From contig MU008180.1 of the NCBI GenBank assembly GCA_010909165.1, forward strand, positions 619,884-683,883: 64,000 nucleotides of DNA, given 5' to 3'. Numbering within the stretch: position 1 is the first letter of the stretch; each line of letters opens with the position of its first letter. The position numbers were made by a program, and so were the translations under genes. Shown piece after piece: positions 47,947 to 58,850 of this stretch. This DNA is from Anthoceros angustus (taxonomy: Eukaryota; Plantae; Anthocerotophyta). The notes under the pieces are model-generated. The model was not told the DNA's origin, ran no database searches, and saw only the letters and a list, made by a program, of their open reading frames with translations.

Positions 47947-50703
47947 TTAAACAGACGCTCCTGTCTTCATCAAAGGAGTTCTTTTAAATTTCAGGGGTGT
48001 GGTTGACATATTCATGTGCTGCCGTGTGTAGAACTCCGAGAAATCAAGGCGGAAGGAAAGGAATCTAAGATCCACATGCTGCTGCACTGGGAGTTGTGCT
48101 ATGAATCCCTCCAGTAAGGACGAGTACTCCACTGCAATGCCATCCATTTCGTCTCCTATACTGGCAGAAAAATCCCCATTGGTTACGAATGGTGAAGCTG
48201 GTCGTACCTTCTTGTCTCCGACCTGCACTTCTTTCTTCACCTGCGACTCTCCCCTGCAGAATCGCCAACAGAACCACTTAGAAACAGATGGACCCAGACA
48301 AACACTAGTTCTCAGGATGCAGCCAGGAGCAATCATATACCTGGTCTGGAGTTCACGGGCATTTTCGTACAGGCGCTCTGCTAGTCCCCGAAAACGAAGG
48401 ATCAGGTCAAAGAGCGAAAAAAGAGTCTTGCATAAAAGTTGGGACCTCTCTCCAAGCAGTGACTTTTCGATGATCGAATCAAGATATTTCTCATGCGCTG
48501 CAATAAGCTCATCAAGGTCACAAGCTGACTCCATGTCTTGCAAAAAATCTGACCATGAATACTCTAACACCTCAAACATGATGTAGTATTGGAGGTTGGT
48601 CACAAAGTGATTCATCTCATTCCTCAGTGTCTGACAGCGCCTCAGAACAGCTGCCAGCTGAGCCCTGCCACCTCCATCTTTGGGGGATCGCAGATGAGCT
48701 ATCACGCAATTTGGCTTCATTGTCTGCCATGTTGCACTCAGAGCATGCTCAACTCTCTTCAACCTCCACAGGAAGTTGAAGATTCGAAGATACTTGGCCA
48801 TAACCAGCTCTGAGAACACTGTGGTGAGGGGATCCCTGGTGTTGTATTCAAGGGAAAACACATCCCAACCCCTATCCCCGGCATTGTGTGGCATCATTTT
48901 AACACGCAGCCTGTCCAGGATATCCCCATCATCATATTGTGCATTTGACGCCCGTATCGCACTCTCCAAAGTACCTGAGATGCGGAAGGAGCTCACAGTG
49001 TTGGCTGGTTGAGACAAATCAGGCCCCACCAGATCCATGAGATACTGAATAAAGTCACCTTGGCCCAGCAGCAGATACCGTTTTACAGCAAGACAATGGT
49101 CCCGAAATTTGTAACGGTTGAACATAATCTGAAGAAGGTGCTGATCAATCCTCCTTGCAGCCTCCACCACCAAAGTTTCCAATGCTTCAGTTTCACCGTA
49201 CCCAAGACCTTCGCCACCAGCTGATGTCCCGGCAGCAGCCACTGCATCAGCAGCAGCCTTCACCCAATCTTGATCTTCACAGCATACTCTCAGGAAGTTG
49301 ATTGACTTACCTGTTCTCAGGATAAGTTGGGCAAGTGGTTCTGGAATGAATGATGGGAGCATGGAACTTTGCAGGCGATAACCATCACGCCACAATGCTT
49401 CTGCCTTCACTGCTTGAGCCACGACAAAAAATTCCCCATGAGGATCATCAACTTCCCCTTCCAGCACCCATCTCCTCACCATCTCAAATAGAGGGGAGCA
49501 CACTCTGCGCAGCATGGACCTGATGAAGCTGTGAACCAGCGGATCACCATGTTGTGCATGCATGTGGATTGCCGCAGCCATTTCGCCACCTCTCAGAGCC
49601 TTGCAGTCATCCACTAGAACTGCCATCGATCTCATTCTCACAAGAGGTTCTGCAAGCCACACTGACAACCTTCTCAGTGACAAGTAGTTCCCACCATCAC
49701 CAGCAGACATGGATGGAATGGGATTGTGGGCCTGTGATTCCAACACTGCCATCAACCGATAGTAGTCGGACATCTCTTCCTGAAGAGATGCTACGAAAGC
49801 CTGTCCAACTGTCCCAATGGTTTCCAGCATGCCATCGCCTGAACTCGATGAGATGTAACTTCTCACACGCGTGAAAAGCCAGCCTACCTCACACAAACGG
49901 CGAACAAGGGTTCGAGTTGCCTTAGGAACCTTGAATGCATCACCAACGGCATAACCATCATTTACCTTGTCATACTTTATGTAGCGTCCTTCAATTCCTT
50001 GACACACGAACAGGACATCTCGCACAAGAGCCATCTCTGTCACGTCGGTCTCATCTTGCTGTATCTCTAAAAACTCTCTGAGAGCTGCGGCTCTCACATT
50101 GTCAGCATCTTTCGCCAAAATCAAGACACCTCCTCGATGGCCCAAGGATATGTCCGTGCCCGGTACCTTCCGCTGCTGCGTGGTGAAAGGTCTGGAAGAC
50201 CTAGACGCAGAAAGAGCCTCAAGGGCTCCATTGGCAGCCTTCCCCTTGCCTGGCGGAGCAGGTGAGTTGTGCAGAGCTGGTAGGCCTCCATAAGCAGCGG
50301 GGCCCAACAAGGTGGAGGTGAACGGGACAGCCGTCCCTCTGGTTTCCGCAGTTTCACGGCTCTGATCCTCGGCAATTGCTTGCAGAAGGTAGAGAATCGC
50401 CCAGCGATTATCTATACCACCAGCACTACTTTGCGACACTAATCTCCTATACAAATCCGCAAAAGTGAGAGCATCCCCGGACCTTCTCTCCAGCACCAGC
50501 TTCCGCTTAATTGCCTCCGCCATCGCATTCTCATCCTTGGTAAGGGAAGGGGAAATTCTGCTGCCAATAATCCGCATGGCATAGTTGTACGCACTGTCTT
50601 GCACGTCCCCAAACTTCCCGACTCCATTCCCCTGATCGCTGGCGGGGGGGAATATCCTAGAAACCAGCTGCTTCACCAGATCCGCTACAGCCTCCCCGTC
50701 CAT
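47947..50703 (-). CDS. GCP3: Gamma-tubulin complex component 3 (Spc98), one intron at 48254-48340
   Basis: LVRDVLFVCQGIEGRYI, RRLCEVGWLF, HGDPLV, ILRTGKSINFLR, KRYLLLGQGDF, GWDVFSLEY, YLRIFNFLWRLKRVE and FLSFRLDFSEFY. Confidence 0.97.
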   Translation of the reverse strand: MDGEAVADLVKQLVSRIFPPASDQGNGVGKFGDVQDSAYNYAMRIIGSRISPSLTKDENAMAEAIKRKLVLERRSGDALTFADLYRRLVSQSSAGGIDNRWAILYLLQAIAEDQSRETAETRGTAVPFTSTLLGPAAYGGLPALHNSPAPPGKGKAANGALEALSASRSSRPFTTQQRKVPGTDISLGHRGGVLILAKDADNVRAAALREFLEIQQDETDVTEMALVRDVLFVCQGIEGRYIKYDKVNDGYAVGDAFKVPKATRTLVRRLCEVGWLFTRVRSYISSSSGDGMLETIGTVGQAFVASLQEEMSDYYRLMAVLESQAHNPIPSMSAGDGGNYLSLRRLSVWLAEPLVRMRSMAVLVDDCKALRGGEMAAAIHMHAQHGDPLVHSFIRSMLRRVCSPLFEMVRRWVLEGEVDDPHGEFFVVAQAVKAEALWRDGYRLQSSMLPSFIPEPLAQLILRTGKSINFLRVCCEDQDWVKAAADAVAAAGTSAGGEGLGYGETEALETLVVEAARRIDQHLLQIMFNRYKFRDHCLAVKRYLLLGQGDFIQYLMDLVGPDLSQPANTVSSFRISGTLESAIRASNAQYDDGDILDRLRVKMMPHNAGDRGWDVFSLEYNTRDPLTTVFSELVMAKYLRIFNFLWRLKRVEHALSATWQTMKPNCVIAHLRSPKDGGGRAQLAAVLRRCQTLRNEMNHFVTNLQYYIMFEVLEYSWSDFLQDMESACDLDELIAAHEKYLDSIIEKSLLGERSQLLCKTLFSLFDLILRFRGLAERLYENARELQTRYMIAPGCILRTSVCLGPSVSKWFCWRFCRGESQVKKEVQVGDKKVRPASPFVTNGDFSASIGDEMDGIAVEYSSLLEGFIAQLPVQQHVDLRFLSFRLDFSEFYTRQHMNMSTTPLKFKRTPLMKTGASV

Positions 50704-51508
50704 AATCTACACACCAGCTTTCACACAGCTACTGTGTTCGAAACACATACTGATGCTCCAAGAACAAAGAGCAAGCATTGCGGAAGGCAAAATGCCACAA
50801 ATCCGTAAAACCGCCCTACTCAAGGGCCCTGTACGTCCTGACACCAGGCCCCATCCCCGGCACCTGCTCCTGCACCACTCCAGCCCTGGTAGCTACCTGG
50901 CCAACAGCCAGATTACAATGCCAGTTTCCTCGACAGGTCATCTCCTCGGAGCGAAGCACGTGAGCGAAAGCATGTTCAAGGACTCACTCACTCTCCCACC
51001 GGTTCTTGCTTCGGCAAGCACCCTAGCAGTAAGCTAAGGATTGAAACAATGCAGGGCCACGGCACTCCCGCATACCTAGGGGACAGGCCCAATTCCGACC
51101 CCTTGAAGTGGAGCTCCAGCAGGCTCCCAGAGACTGATATCTTGACGGCGTCTTGAGGAAAGACAGCATAAGGAGGGAAAGATTTGAATGGAAAAACCCA
51201 GGCGGCTTGCCTTGCTCCCCAACGAGCAACGCTCCAAACGCACTCAGACCGACAGAGATGCAGCTTTCCCAAGCGCGTAAGCTGTGAGACTATCTTGCCA
51301 AAACGCTCAACTCCACAGCGGCAACTTCAGAGCTCTCCTCGAGTCCTTGGAGGGAGACCGAAATTGAAAAGAAGCAAAAAGGGAGGCGGGATTTGCTCGT
51401 CTGCAAAGATCACCGAACGATGCATATCGAAAATACAAAAAAGGAAAATTGGGATTTTAGTTTGTTCTGGCGAAGGGCTTTGCCTGCCCTCGGCCGTGCC
51501 TGGCCGCA

Positions 51509-52477
51509 ATGAAGCTGCTGAGCTTGAAGAATCTGCCGAATGCCCACAACGACTCCATCTGGGCTGCGGCCTGGGCGCCGGCCACCTCGTCGCGGCAGGC
51601 GCTGCTTGTGACGGGGTCTGTGGATGAGAGCGTGAAGCTATGGCGGGGGGACGAGCTGGAGCTGGAGGGGACCAACACGGGCCATGCTCTCGGGGTGGTG
51701 GCAGTGGCGGCTCATCCGTCTGGCACGATTGTGGCGTCCACGTCCATAGACAGCTTCGTCCGGATCTTCGAAGTGGACACCAATGCAACGGTGACGACGC
51801 TGGAGTCATCCCCGTCGGAGGCTTGGCTGATGCAGTTCGACCCTAAGGGGAATTTTCTGGCTGTTGCTGGAGGGGGGAGTGCGTCGGTGAAGCTGTGGGG
51901 CACCAATTCTTGGAAGATGGAGAAGGCTTTGACTGTGCCGAGGGGAGACACGGCGGACGTGAAGGCGGCTGAGAAAGGCGGGGGGAAGTTTGTGCTGGCC
52001 ACGGCGTGGAGTGCGGATGGGAGGCGGCTTGCTTGCAGCACCATGGATGGCACGGTGGCGGTTTTTGATGTTGCTCGGGGGAAGTTACTCCACGAGCTGG
52101 ACGGGCATACCATGCCCGTGCGGTCCCTGGCGTTCTCGCCGGTGGATAATAGGGTTTTGTTTACGGCGTGTGATGACAAGCATATCCATATGTATGATGT
52201 AGAGAGCCGGAAGATCATCGGTGCTATGTCAGGGCATGCGAGTTTCGTGCTGTGTGTGGATGTGAGCCCGGATGGGGCCGCCCTTGCCTCGGGCTCGAGC
52301 GACAAGACTGTCAGGCTCTGGGACTTGAAGATGAGAGCCTCTGTGCAGACCATGACTGATCACTCAGACCAAGTGTGGTCAGTGGCGTTCAGGCCGCCTG
52401 GAGGAGAGGGTGTGAGGGCTGGCAGGCTTGCCAGCGTTTCTGAGGATAAGAGCATTTCGCTATATGATTACACATGA
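51509..52477 (+). CDS. VIP3: WD40 protein VIP3/SKI8 (WDR61), intronless
   Basis: MKLLSLKNLPNAHNDSIWAAAW, LVTGSVDESVKLW, GHALGVVAVAAHP, GHTMPVRSL and DHSDQVWSVAF. Confidence 0.95.
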   Translation: MKLLSLKNLPNAHNDSIWAAAWAPATSSRQALLVTGSVDESVKLWRGDELELEGTNTGHALGVVAVAAHPSGTIVASTSIDSFVRIFEVDTNATVTTLESSPSEAWLMQFDPKGNFLAVAGGGSASVKLWGTNSWKMEKALTVPRGDTADVKAAEKGGGKFVLATAWSADGRRLACSTMDGTVAVFDVARGKLLHELDGHTMPVRSLAFSPVDNRVLFTACDDKHIHMYDVESRKIIGAMSGHASFVLCVDVSPDGAALASGSSDKTVRLWDLKMRASVQTMTDHSDQVWSVAFRPPGGEGVRAGRLASVSEDKSISLYDYT

Positions 52478-54166
52478 TCTACGCATGTTAGGACGGGAGT
52501 GGAGCACCCGTCAGTGGTCCGATCCATGAAAAAGAATTCCATCAATTTTTGCAGGTGATATGAGTTGTGCCCTCCTGCGCATTTTCTATCCATCACCGAG
52601 CACAACTGTAGAATGTTTTAGGTTGCATGACCATGATGGGTTTCCAGTATCTCGGTCCCATACTGTGCAAGTTATCGTCGGTGAGAACGATGCAGGCCAT
52701 GATGACCAACATGCGCAGTGCCAAACATTTCAACAAGCCACAGACCTGTCATGTGTCGATTGGGGATCTTGACGACATACACAGGTGGTGGTTGCAAGTA
52801 GCAGGGACTCGGCTGGAGCACGTATTCCCTCGGGTTGCTACATCCATGCCCATTGCTCCATAGCCGCCAGGAGTCAGGATCCATTGTAAATTGGATGGTG
52901 TTTTACTGATCCAAATCACCTCGTTCTGGACAAAAGAGTAGACTACAGTAGAGCAGGAGAGTGCAACGAGGATTATTCTGCTTGGCCGTGTCGCTGCTGC
53001 TGGGATCCCTCTAACAAACTGTTTTGCACATATTTCAAATTATCAAGCTTTAACGTTCCCGGAATCCGAAAACCGCACACCCGTCATAGTTCCGTAACCC
53101 CTCAACGACGGAACGGTTCAATTCCTTCGGCTCAACTATGCATACTCCTGCGGGCATGCACCGAAAAATCAGTTGTTGCCAATCTTGTGTACACCATGGC
53201 TCACTCCATGCTCCCATCCAAAGCTGATACGCTTATCCCTAGAGGAAGCGCTGTGCAAGCGCCTCCAATTCCTTAGAACCATAGGTAGATGCGGTGGTGG
53301 CGAGGCATGTTGTAGAATGTTTGTGCTCGATATGGTCTGCAGGTCTCATTTTGCCCACTCGTCCGCCAACATTTGACATGCTGCCCGCTCGTCCGCCAAC
53401 ATCGCTCGAAGGTTTCAAGTGGAACCCGTGTGTGAAAGAAATTAGCCTAAAACGTGAGCACTCAATATGAGTAGATTCAGCGTTCTAGGGTTAAACCACT
53501 CAAAGCTCAAAAAAAATAGTGAACATTGATTGCATAGTAAAATCCAAGAGAATATATCCGAGATATCCAAAGCTTAAACCATTCAAAGCTCATGGACATC
53601 AATTGCATAGTATAATTGAAGAGAGAATGTATTTGAAATGCCATAGCTAGGCTAGAATGTAGAGCTCCAAACTGAGAACCATGAGAGTGTCGCGCAGTGT
53701 CCCCGTGCCTCCACGATGACCGTGCATCACATTATGCACGGCCACCTCAAGCCTAGTCAAGACCCCACATCGTCCAAATCTATACCGGTCGAGTAACCGG
53801 CCCGCCTTGAATTAGCCAATGGATAGTGTGTCATAGCGCGCAGACGATACATGTCCTGTACATGGAGTGCCTGTGTGTGAACGCGTCTCCTCTTCTCTTA
53901 TCGCTCTAGAGTTTGAGTGTGCCATAAGTTTTGTGTAAGACTCTGGCGTTTAGATTACAACAATACAATGCTATGCTCGTGTATGATGTTGCGTGTGGGC
54001 ACTTAAGTGCCTATGCCTTGAGTGCAAAAGAAAAATGGATCAGGCTGTTTCTGATTGCTAAACTCGCCATTGAAGCGAAGGAATAGAGGTGTCCTTAGAG
54101 GATCGATTTTGTGGCGATCGACTCAGAAGTTTGAGATTTGGTTGGTTTCGGGCATGTGATACCTTG

Positions 54167-54419
54167 TTGGTAATAGAATCCTCATTGGAACCTTGTTCTA
54201 TTTTCTCCACATTTTAAATCCATTTACACGATCTCAAAGATACTCTAAAGGGAGGGAGACTTGTGGTATGATCTTTTTTGGTAATAGAATCCTCGTTGAA
54301 ACCTTGTTCTATTTTCTCCGCATTTTAAATCCATTTACACGACCTCAAAAATAGCTCTAAAGGGAGGGAGACTTTGGGTATGATCGTTATGGCACAATCA
54401 TACCCAAGGTCTCCCTCCC
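54167..54419. repeat. 111-bp tandem duplication ending in a 23-bp-stem hairpin
   Basis: GGTAATAGAATCC occurs at 54169 and 54280. Inverted repeat 54362-54384 / 54397-54419 with a 12-nt loop. Confidence 0.9.
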
Positions 54420-55001
54420 CCATTAAACAAAACACCTCAAACATTGCCTCATCATTACTGTGGAGATTTTTTTTGCTTGGGTGTTGTTAACATATCATAA
54501 TTCTTTGATTGGTTATAATAAGTAATAGATTAAAAATATTCACTAATAGTAGGGTCTAAATAGGGTGTGCTTGTTTCTCAAGAGTTCTTTATTTGGCTGA
54601 AATAAATTTATAAAAAGGGTAAAAATAGAAATATTACTTAATAGTAGGTTTAGATGCTTGTTCCCTATAAATACCCCACGAATTCCTAGTGATTATGCTG
54701 CTACCACTCTCTATAAATGATAGTGAAACTAGGGTAACTTTGTACTTCTAGATGCATTTCCCTATGCGGCATAAGGTACATTGGTTTTCCAAGTGAGAGA
54801 CCTACAACACGTAATAAATTTTTATTATTCATCTATTTATCTATCAAGCATATCTATCTCTGGGCCGGCCTTTGCCGCTTTGTATTCTTATTTCCCTATT
54901 GGCATTCTTATTTTTATCTTGTCATTTATGATCTTTCTCCTCTGTGAATTTATTCGACCAAGAAGAAAGAAGTATATACATCGTTTTCCTCAACACGAGA
55001 G

Positions 55002-55556
55002 ATGGGTCTAAACAAAATAGATTCCACCAAATTGGTATTAAAAAAATCAGCACGTCATGTGGCATTCTCCAAGAGAAAAATAGGCTTATTGAAGAAAGCT
55101 GCTGAAATATCTACTATGTGTAATATAGAAATTGCCATTATTATTTTTTCTGAAAATAATAAAATGTATACTTTTGCTCATCCAGACATAGAATATGCTA
55201 TTACAAAATATAAGGTCATGAACAAAATATTTCCATACAACCGAGTCGTTGAACAATCGTCAATGACTGCAAGCCAGAATACGATAAAGTACATAGAAGG
55301 ACATGTGGCACAACTAAATGATATGCTTGAGGGAATAAGAAAGGATACTAGCAATGAGCAAAACAAACGGAAGAGGTATGAAGAAATTAAGACAATATTA
55401 CGCAAAGAAAATTGTCATAACATATCTCAAAAGCGTGTGGATGACCAATCGAGAGCAGAGTTGAGAACATCTATCATCCAAATAGAGGAAAATATTAAGT
55501 ACTTACATGCACTTAATGCTCAGATAGAAAGTGTGGATTCAGAAGAAAACATTTGA
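55002..55556 (+). CDS. Type I M-alpha MADS-box protein, intronless, AT-rich
   Basis: MGLNKIDSTKLVLKKSARHVAFSKRKIGLLKKAAEISTMCNIEIAIIIFSENNKMYTFAHPDIE shows the M-alpha (F.F.HP) signature, followed by a coiled coil. 184 aa. Confidence 0.88.
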   Translation: MGLNKIDSTKLVLKKSARHVAFSKRKIGLLKKAAEISTMCNIEIAIIIFSENNKMYTFAHPDIEYAITKYKVMNKIFPYNRVVEQSSMTASQNTIKYIEGHVAQLNDMLEGIRKDTSNEQNKRKRYEEIKTILRKENCHNISQKRVDDQSRAELRTSIIQIEENIKYLHALNAQIESVDSEENI

Positions 55557-56002
55557 CTGATGCAACTGTGCAAGATGGTGCAGCACTATTGTCCTTCCAA
55601 CCTATACGAGGTTTTAATTTTTATCGTCCCATCATCAAAGAAGTAGCAAATACGATAGTTGATGGCACTACACACGAAAGAGCAATAGTCTGGTACCAGG
55701 TTTTAATGTTCATCATCCTATTATCAATGAAAAAGTAGGTCCAATGATTGATGGAACTACACAGAAAAGAACAGCATAATGGTCCTTCCAACCTAGCGGA
55801 GGCCCATGGTGAAGAGTGTGACCAAAGTAGAATGATATTTTACTTTGTGGAGTCCGCCTAGAATGATATTTTACTTTGTGGAGTCCGCCGCAAGACAATA
55901 ATCCCCCTCGATTATATAAGTTTATGGATTTTAGACAAATTTTATGTTTTTGGTATGTGTTTAGACAATACTAGAAGACAATCTATAGATCCATAGGCAA
56001 TT

Positions 56003-56228
56003 AGAAGAAGAAGGAGTCTATTGTAGTCCATGTGGACAGAATTTTTTCTATAATAAAATTTGATACTTAACAACTTGTACTATAGTGTGACTCAGCTACT
56101 TGCACCTACGATATTCACTCCATCTAGGCACCCCATCTAAGTACCAAATTGGTATTTAACAACTTGTACCAGGGTGTGGCGCAGCCTAAGCTTCTACCTG
56201 TACAAAGGGCATCCACTCCCTCTAGGTT
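56003..56228 (-). mobile_element. Degenerate SINE-like copy with internal duplication
   Basis: AGAAGAAGAAGG...ACTTAACAACTTGTAC...GGCACCCCATCTAAGTACC...TTAACAACTTGTACC...GGGCATCCACTCCC. Confidence 0.75.
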
Positions 56229-56776
56229 AAGGATCCTATCCCCTCTGCCCTTCACTTGTGCGAAATCTTAGCTTGACAAGCTGGGTCTGATTGGCCCATG
56301 CTCTTGTCGGCCCCGATGGGCGACATGACTTTGTTCTTTTGGCTTGGCGGGCAGTGCCACAGCACTCGGAGGTCGCCCACGCACGGGACACCCATGTGAT
56401 AGGAAATGACATCCTTCCCGCGCGACCATCACGTCTGAGAATAGCAGCCGAGCCCAGCCGAGACTCCTGTGCTTGGGAACAGCAAAGCACGACGCACGAC
56501 GTGGTGCGGCAGTCGCCTTGCCGCGGCAGGCGCGGCTCGCTTTCCGCCACTGCGCGGCAGCAGTGAACGCCGAGGATCGAAGCCGCTGCTGCTGCTTCCC
56601 TTAAAGCTACCCGCATTCCCACATGCTGTATTCAATCCGCCGTGCTGTCTCCGCAGTCCTCTTGCGTCTTCCTCCAGTGCCACGACAAGGCCTTGGACGC
56701 CGTGACTGCGACCTCGTCTGGTGGATGGCGATGCAGGTGTGAGCTTCTGCTGCTCCGGATCCCTCTACCGCCCACC

Positions 56777-57930
56777 ATGAGGACCTCCCTCGCCGCCCTC
56801 GCTGCCCTGGCGTTCGGCTTGCTCCTGGCAGTCGCGGATGGGTCCAGCCTCGCAGCCTCGCAGGAGGACGCGGTATCGGTGCTCGTAGCGTCGCGCCGGC
56901 ACCTTCTCGGGGTCGGCGGCTCCGGTTCCCTCCCGCACCGCGCCCTGCTCTCGCATTCCGAGATGGCCGAGGGGTACAAGGTGTTCGAGCCCAAGAAGCC
57001 GAAGAAGGGGAGGAAGGAGACGAAGCCCAAGCCCAAGCCCAAGCCTACGCACAAGAAGCAGCCCGAGTACAAGGCGGAGAAGAAGTACGCGTCCAAGCAC
57101 CTGCCGAGCGACCTGAAGAAGAAGGCTTACGGGTCCGGGAAGCACTACTTCCACTCCCGCAAGATCAAGGGCAGGAAGATCCACCGCCATTCCAAGGCCT
57201 CAGGATCGCCACCACCGGTGTACAGGCCTACTCCCAGCCCTCCTCCTCCGGTCTACAAGCCCGAGCCCAAGCCCAAGACTCCTCGTTCTCCTCCTCCGCC
57301 GCAGAAGCTTCCCGGCCGGAAGACCGTGTCTCCGGGATACAAGCTCCTGTCTCCTCCCCCTCCCTCTCCAGCGTACCGGACGAATGCCCCGTCCCCGCCC
57401 ACCGGCAACGCGTACCAGCAGTCGTTTCTGGCTCCGCACAACGCTGCGCGCGCCAGGAAGTCGCTGCCTCCTCTGAGCTGGGACCCCGTGCTGGAGGCCT
57501 ACGCGCGGAAGTGGGGAAACCACCAGCGGGACACGGACAACTGTAACCTGGTGCATTCCGATGGCGATTACGGGGAGAATCTGTTCTGGGGCTACGGCGC
57601 TCCCTACACTGCGGCTGACGCAGTGGCGTCGTGGACTGAGGAGGAGAAGTACTACAACTACGGCAGCAACACCTGCCGCGGAGGCCAGATGTGTGGGCAT
57701 TACACTCAGGTACCATCGATCGCGGCCCTTCCCGGACTCGCTCTTGTTCTTCATTTGTGTGAATTTGTCGTCCGCAGTCCGCTTCTGCTTACCACTTGAA
57801 CGGGCCGCAGGTTGTGTGGAAATCGACCACCAAGCTGGGATGTGCCACCATCAACTGTAAAGATTCCGCCATCTTCATCATCTGCAGCTACAACCCACCA
57901 GGGAACTACATTGGCGAGAAGCCATACTGA
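56777..57930 (+). CDS. PR1: Secreted PR-1/CAP protein with Lys-rich and extensin-like (SPPPPVY) N-terminal region, 350 aa, 2 exons
   Basis: Signal peptide at ATG 56777, KPKPKP and SPPPPVYK repeats, FLAPHNAARA, YGENLFWG, CGHYTQ | VVWKSTTKLGC and CSYNPPGNYIGEKPY*. Intron 57710-57810. Confidence 0.92.
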
Positions 57931-58850
57931 TTTCCGTGCCTCGGATTGGGGCATGTGAGCAGACCTGAGAAGCTCCGGAAATACTGCTCCCGGTCTGCTT
58001 GCGTTGTGATGTGCACTGGCTTCCCCGGAAGATATTTGTTGCTGCCGCGCCACTGGCACCCCAGATGATTTCAAGTTACAACACTTTGGGATTTTTTTGC
58101 TTTTGGGATTATGAAAGGTCTTCGTCTGCTAGTCCTAAGGTACAGGTACAGAGTGAAGGACCTTCGTCCAAGAGCTTTCAGAGCGTTTAGAATTTGCTGA
58201 GACTATGCCCATCTGCCGTGATTGATGCCCGTCCTTGTAAAACGTTGCGACCATTCAGTGCAGGTGTGCGTGGACTGATTTTGAGTTGTTACGATGGTGT
58301 ATCATCCGTAGGTGGGCTCTTCATTTTAGGAATTGTTGAGCTCTTTGAATAAAAAGTTTGTGCTCTGTCCAGGGCACTTGTTCAAGATTTGCGCTATGTC
58401 CACGGATTTGCATCCGGTATGTCTCTATCCACCGAACAAGGCTTGGAAGCTCATCAAAATCTCCCGTTGCATCGCATGCTGTAAAAATGGAAGAAGGACG
58501 AGGGAATAGGAAGAAAATACATGCAGAGGCCCCGCCAACCGCCTTCTCCACTGCTCCGCATCGCTGGGCCAGCACTCTCGAGTACCTACGTGGTACTCGG
58601 GGGACAAAATGTTGCCAGCTTTCCAGACGACACAAACCTGGAAAATGGCCCCGCGCCAGTCCATGTAGCCTCTCTCAGGTTTCTCCTCTCTCAGGTTTCT
58701 CTTCCTCCGCCTCTTCAACAACTTCCTTTCTTCTGAAGAGAGGAAGGCTTGGAGGGTCTCACCGTGGCTTCCCTTTCCGTCGTCCACCACTGGAACACAG
58801 TGGCCAGTGTGGCAATTACATTGGGGTTGGGCTACCCTAATTTGGAATCT

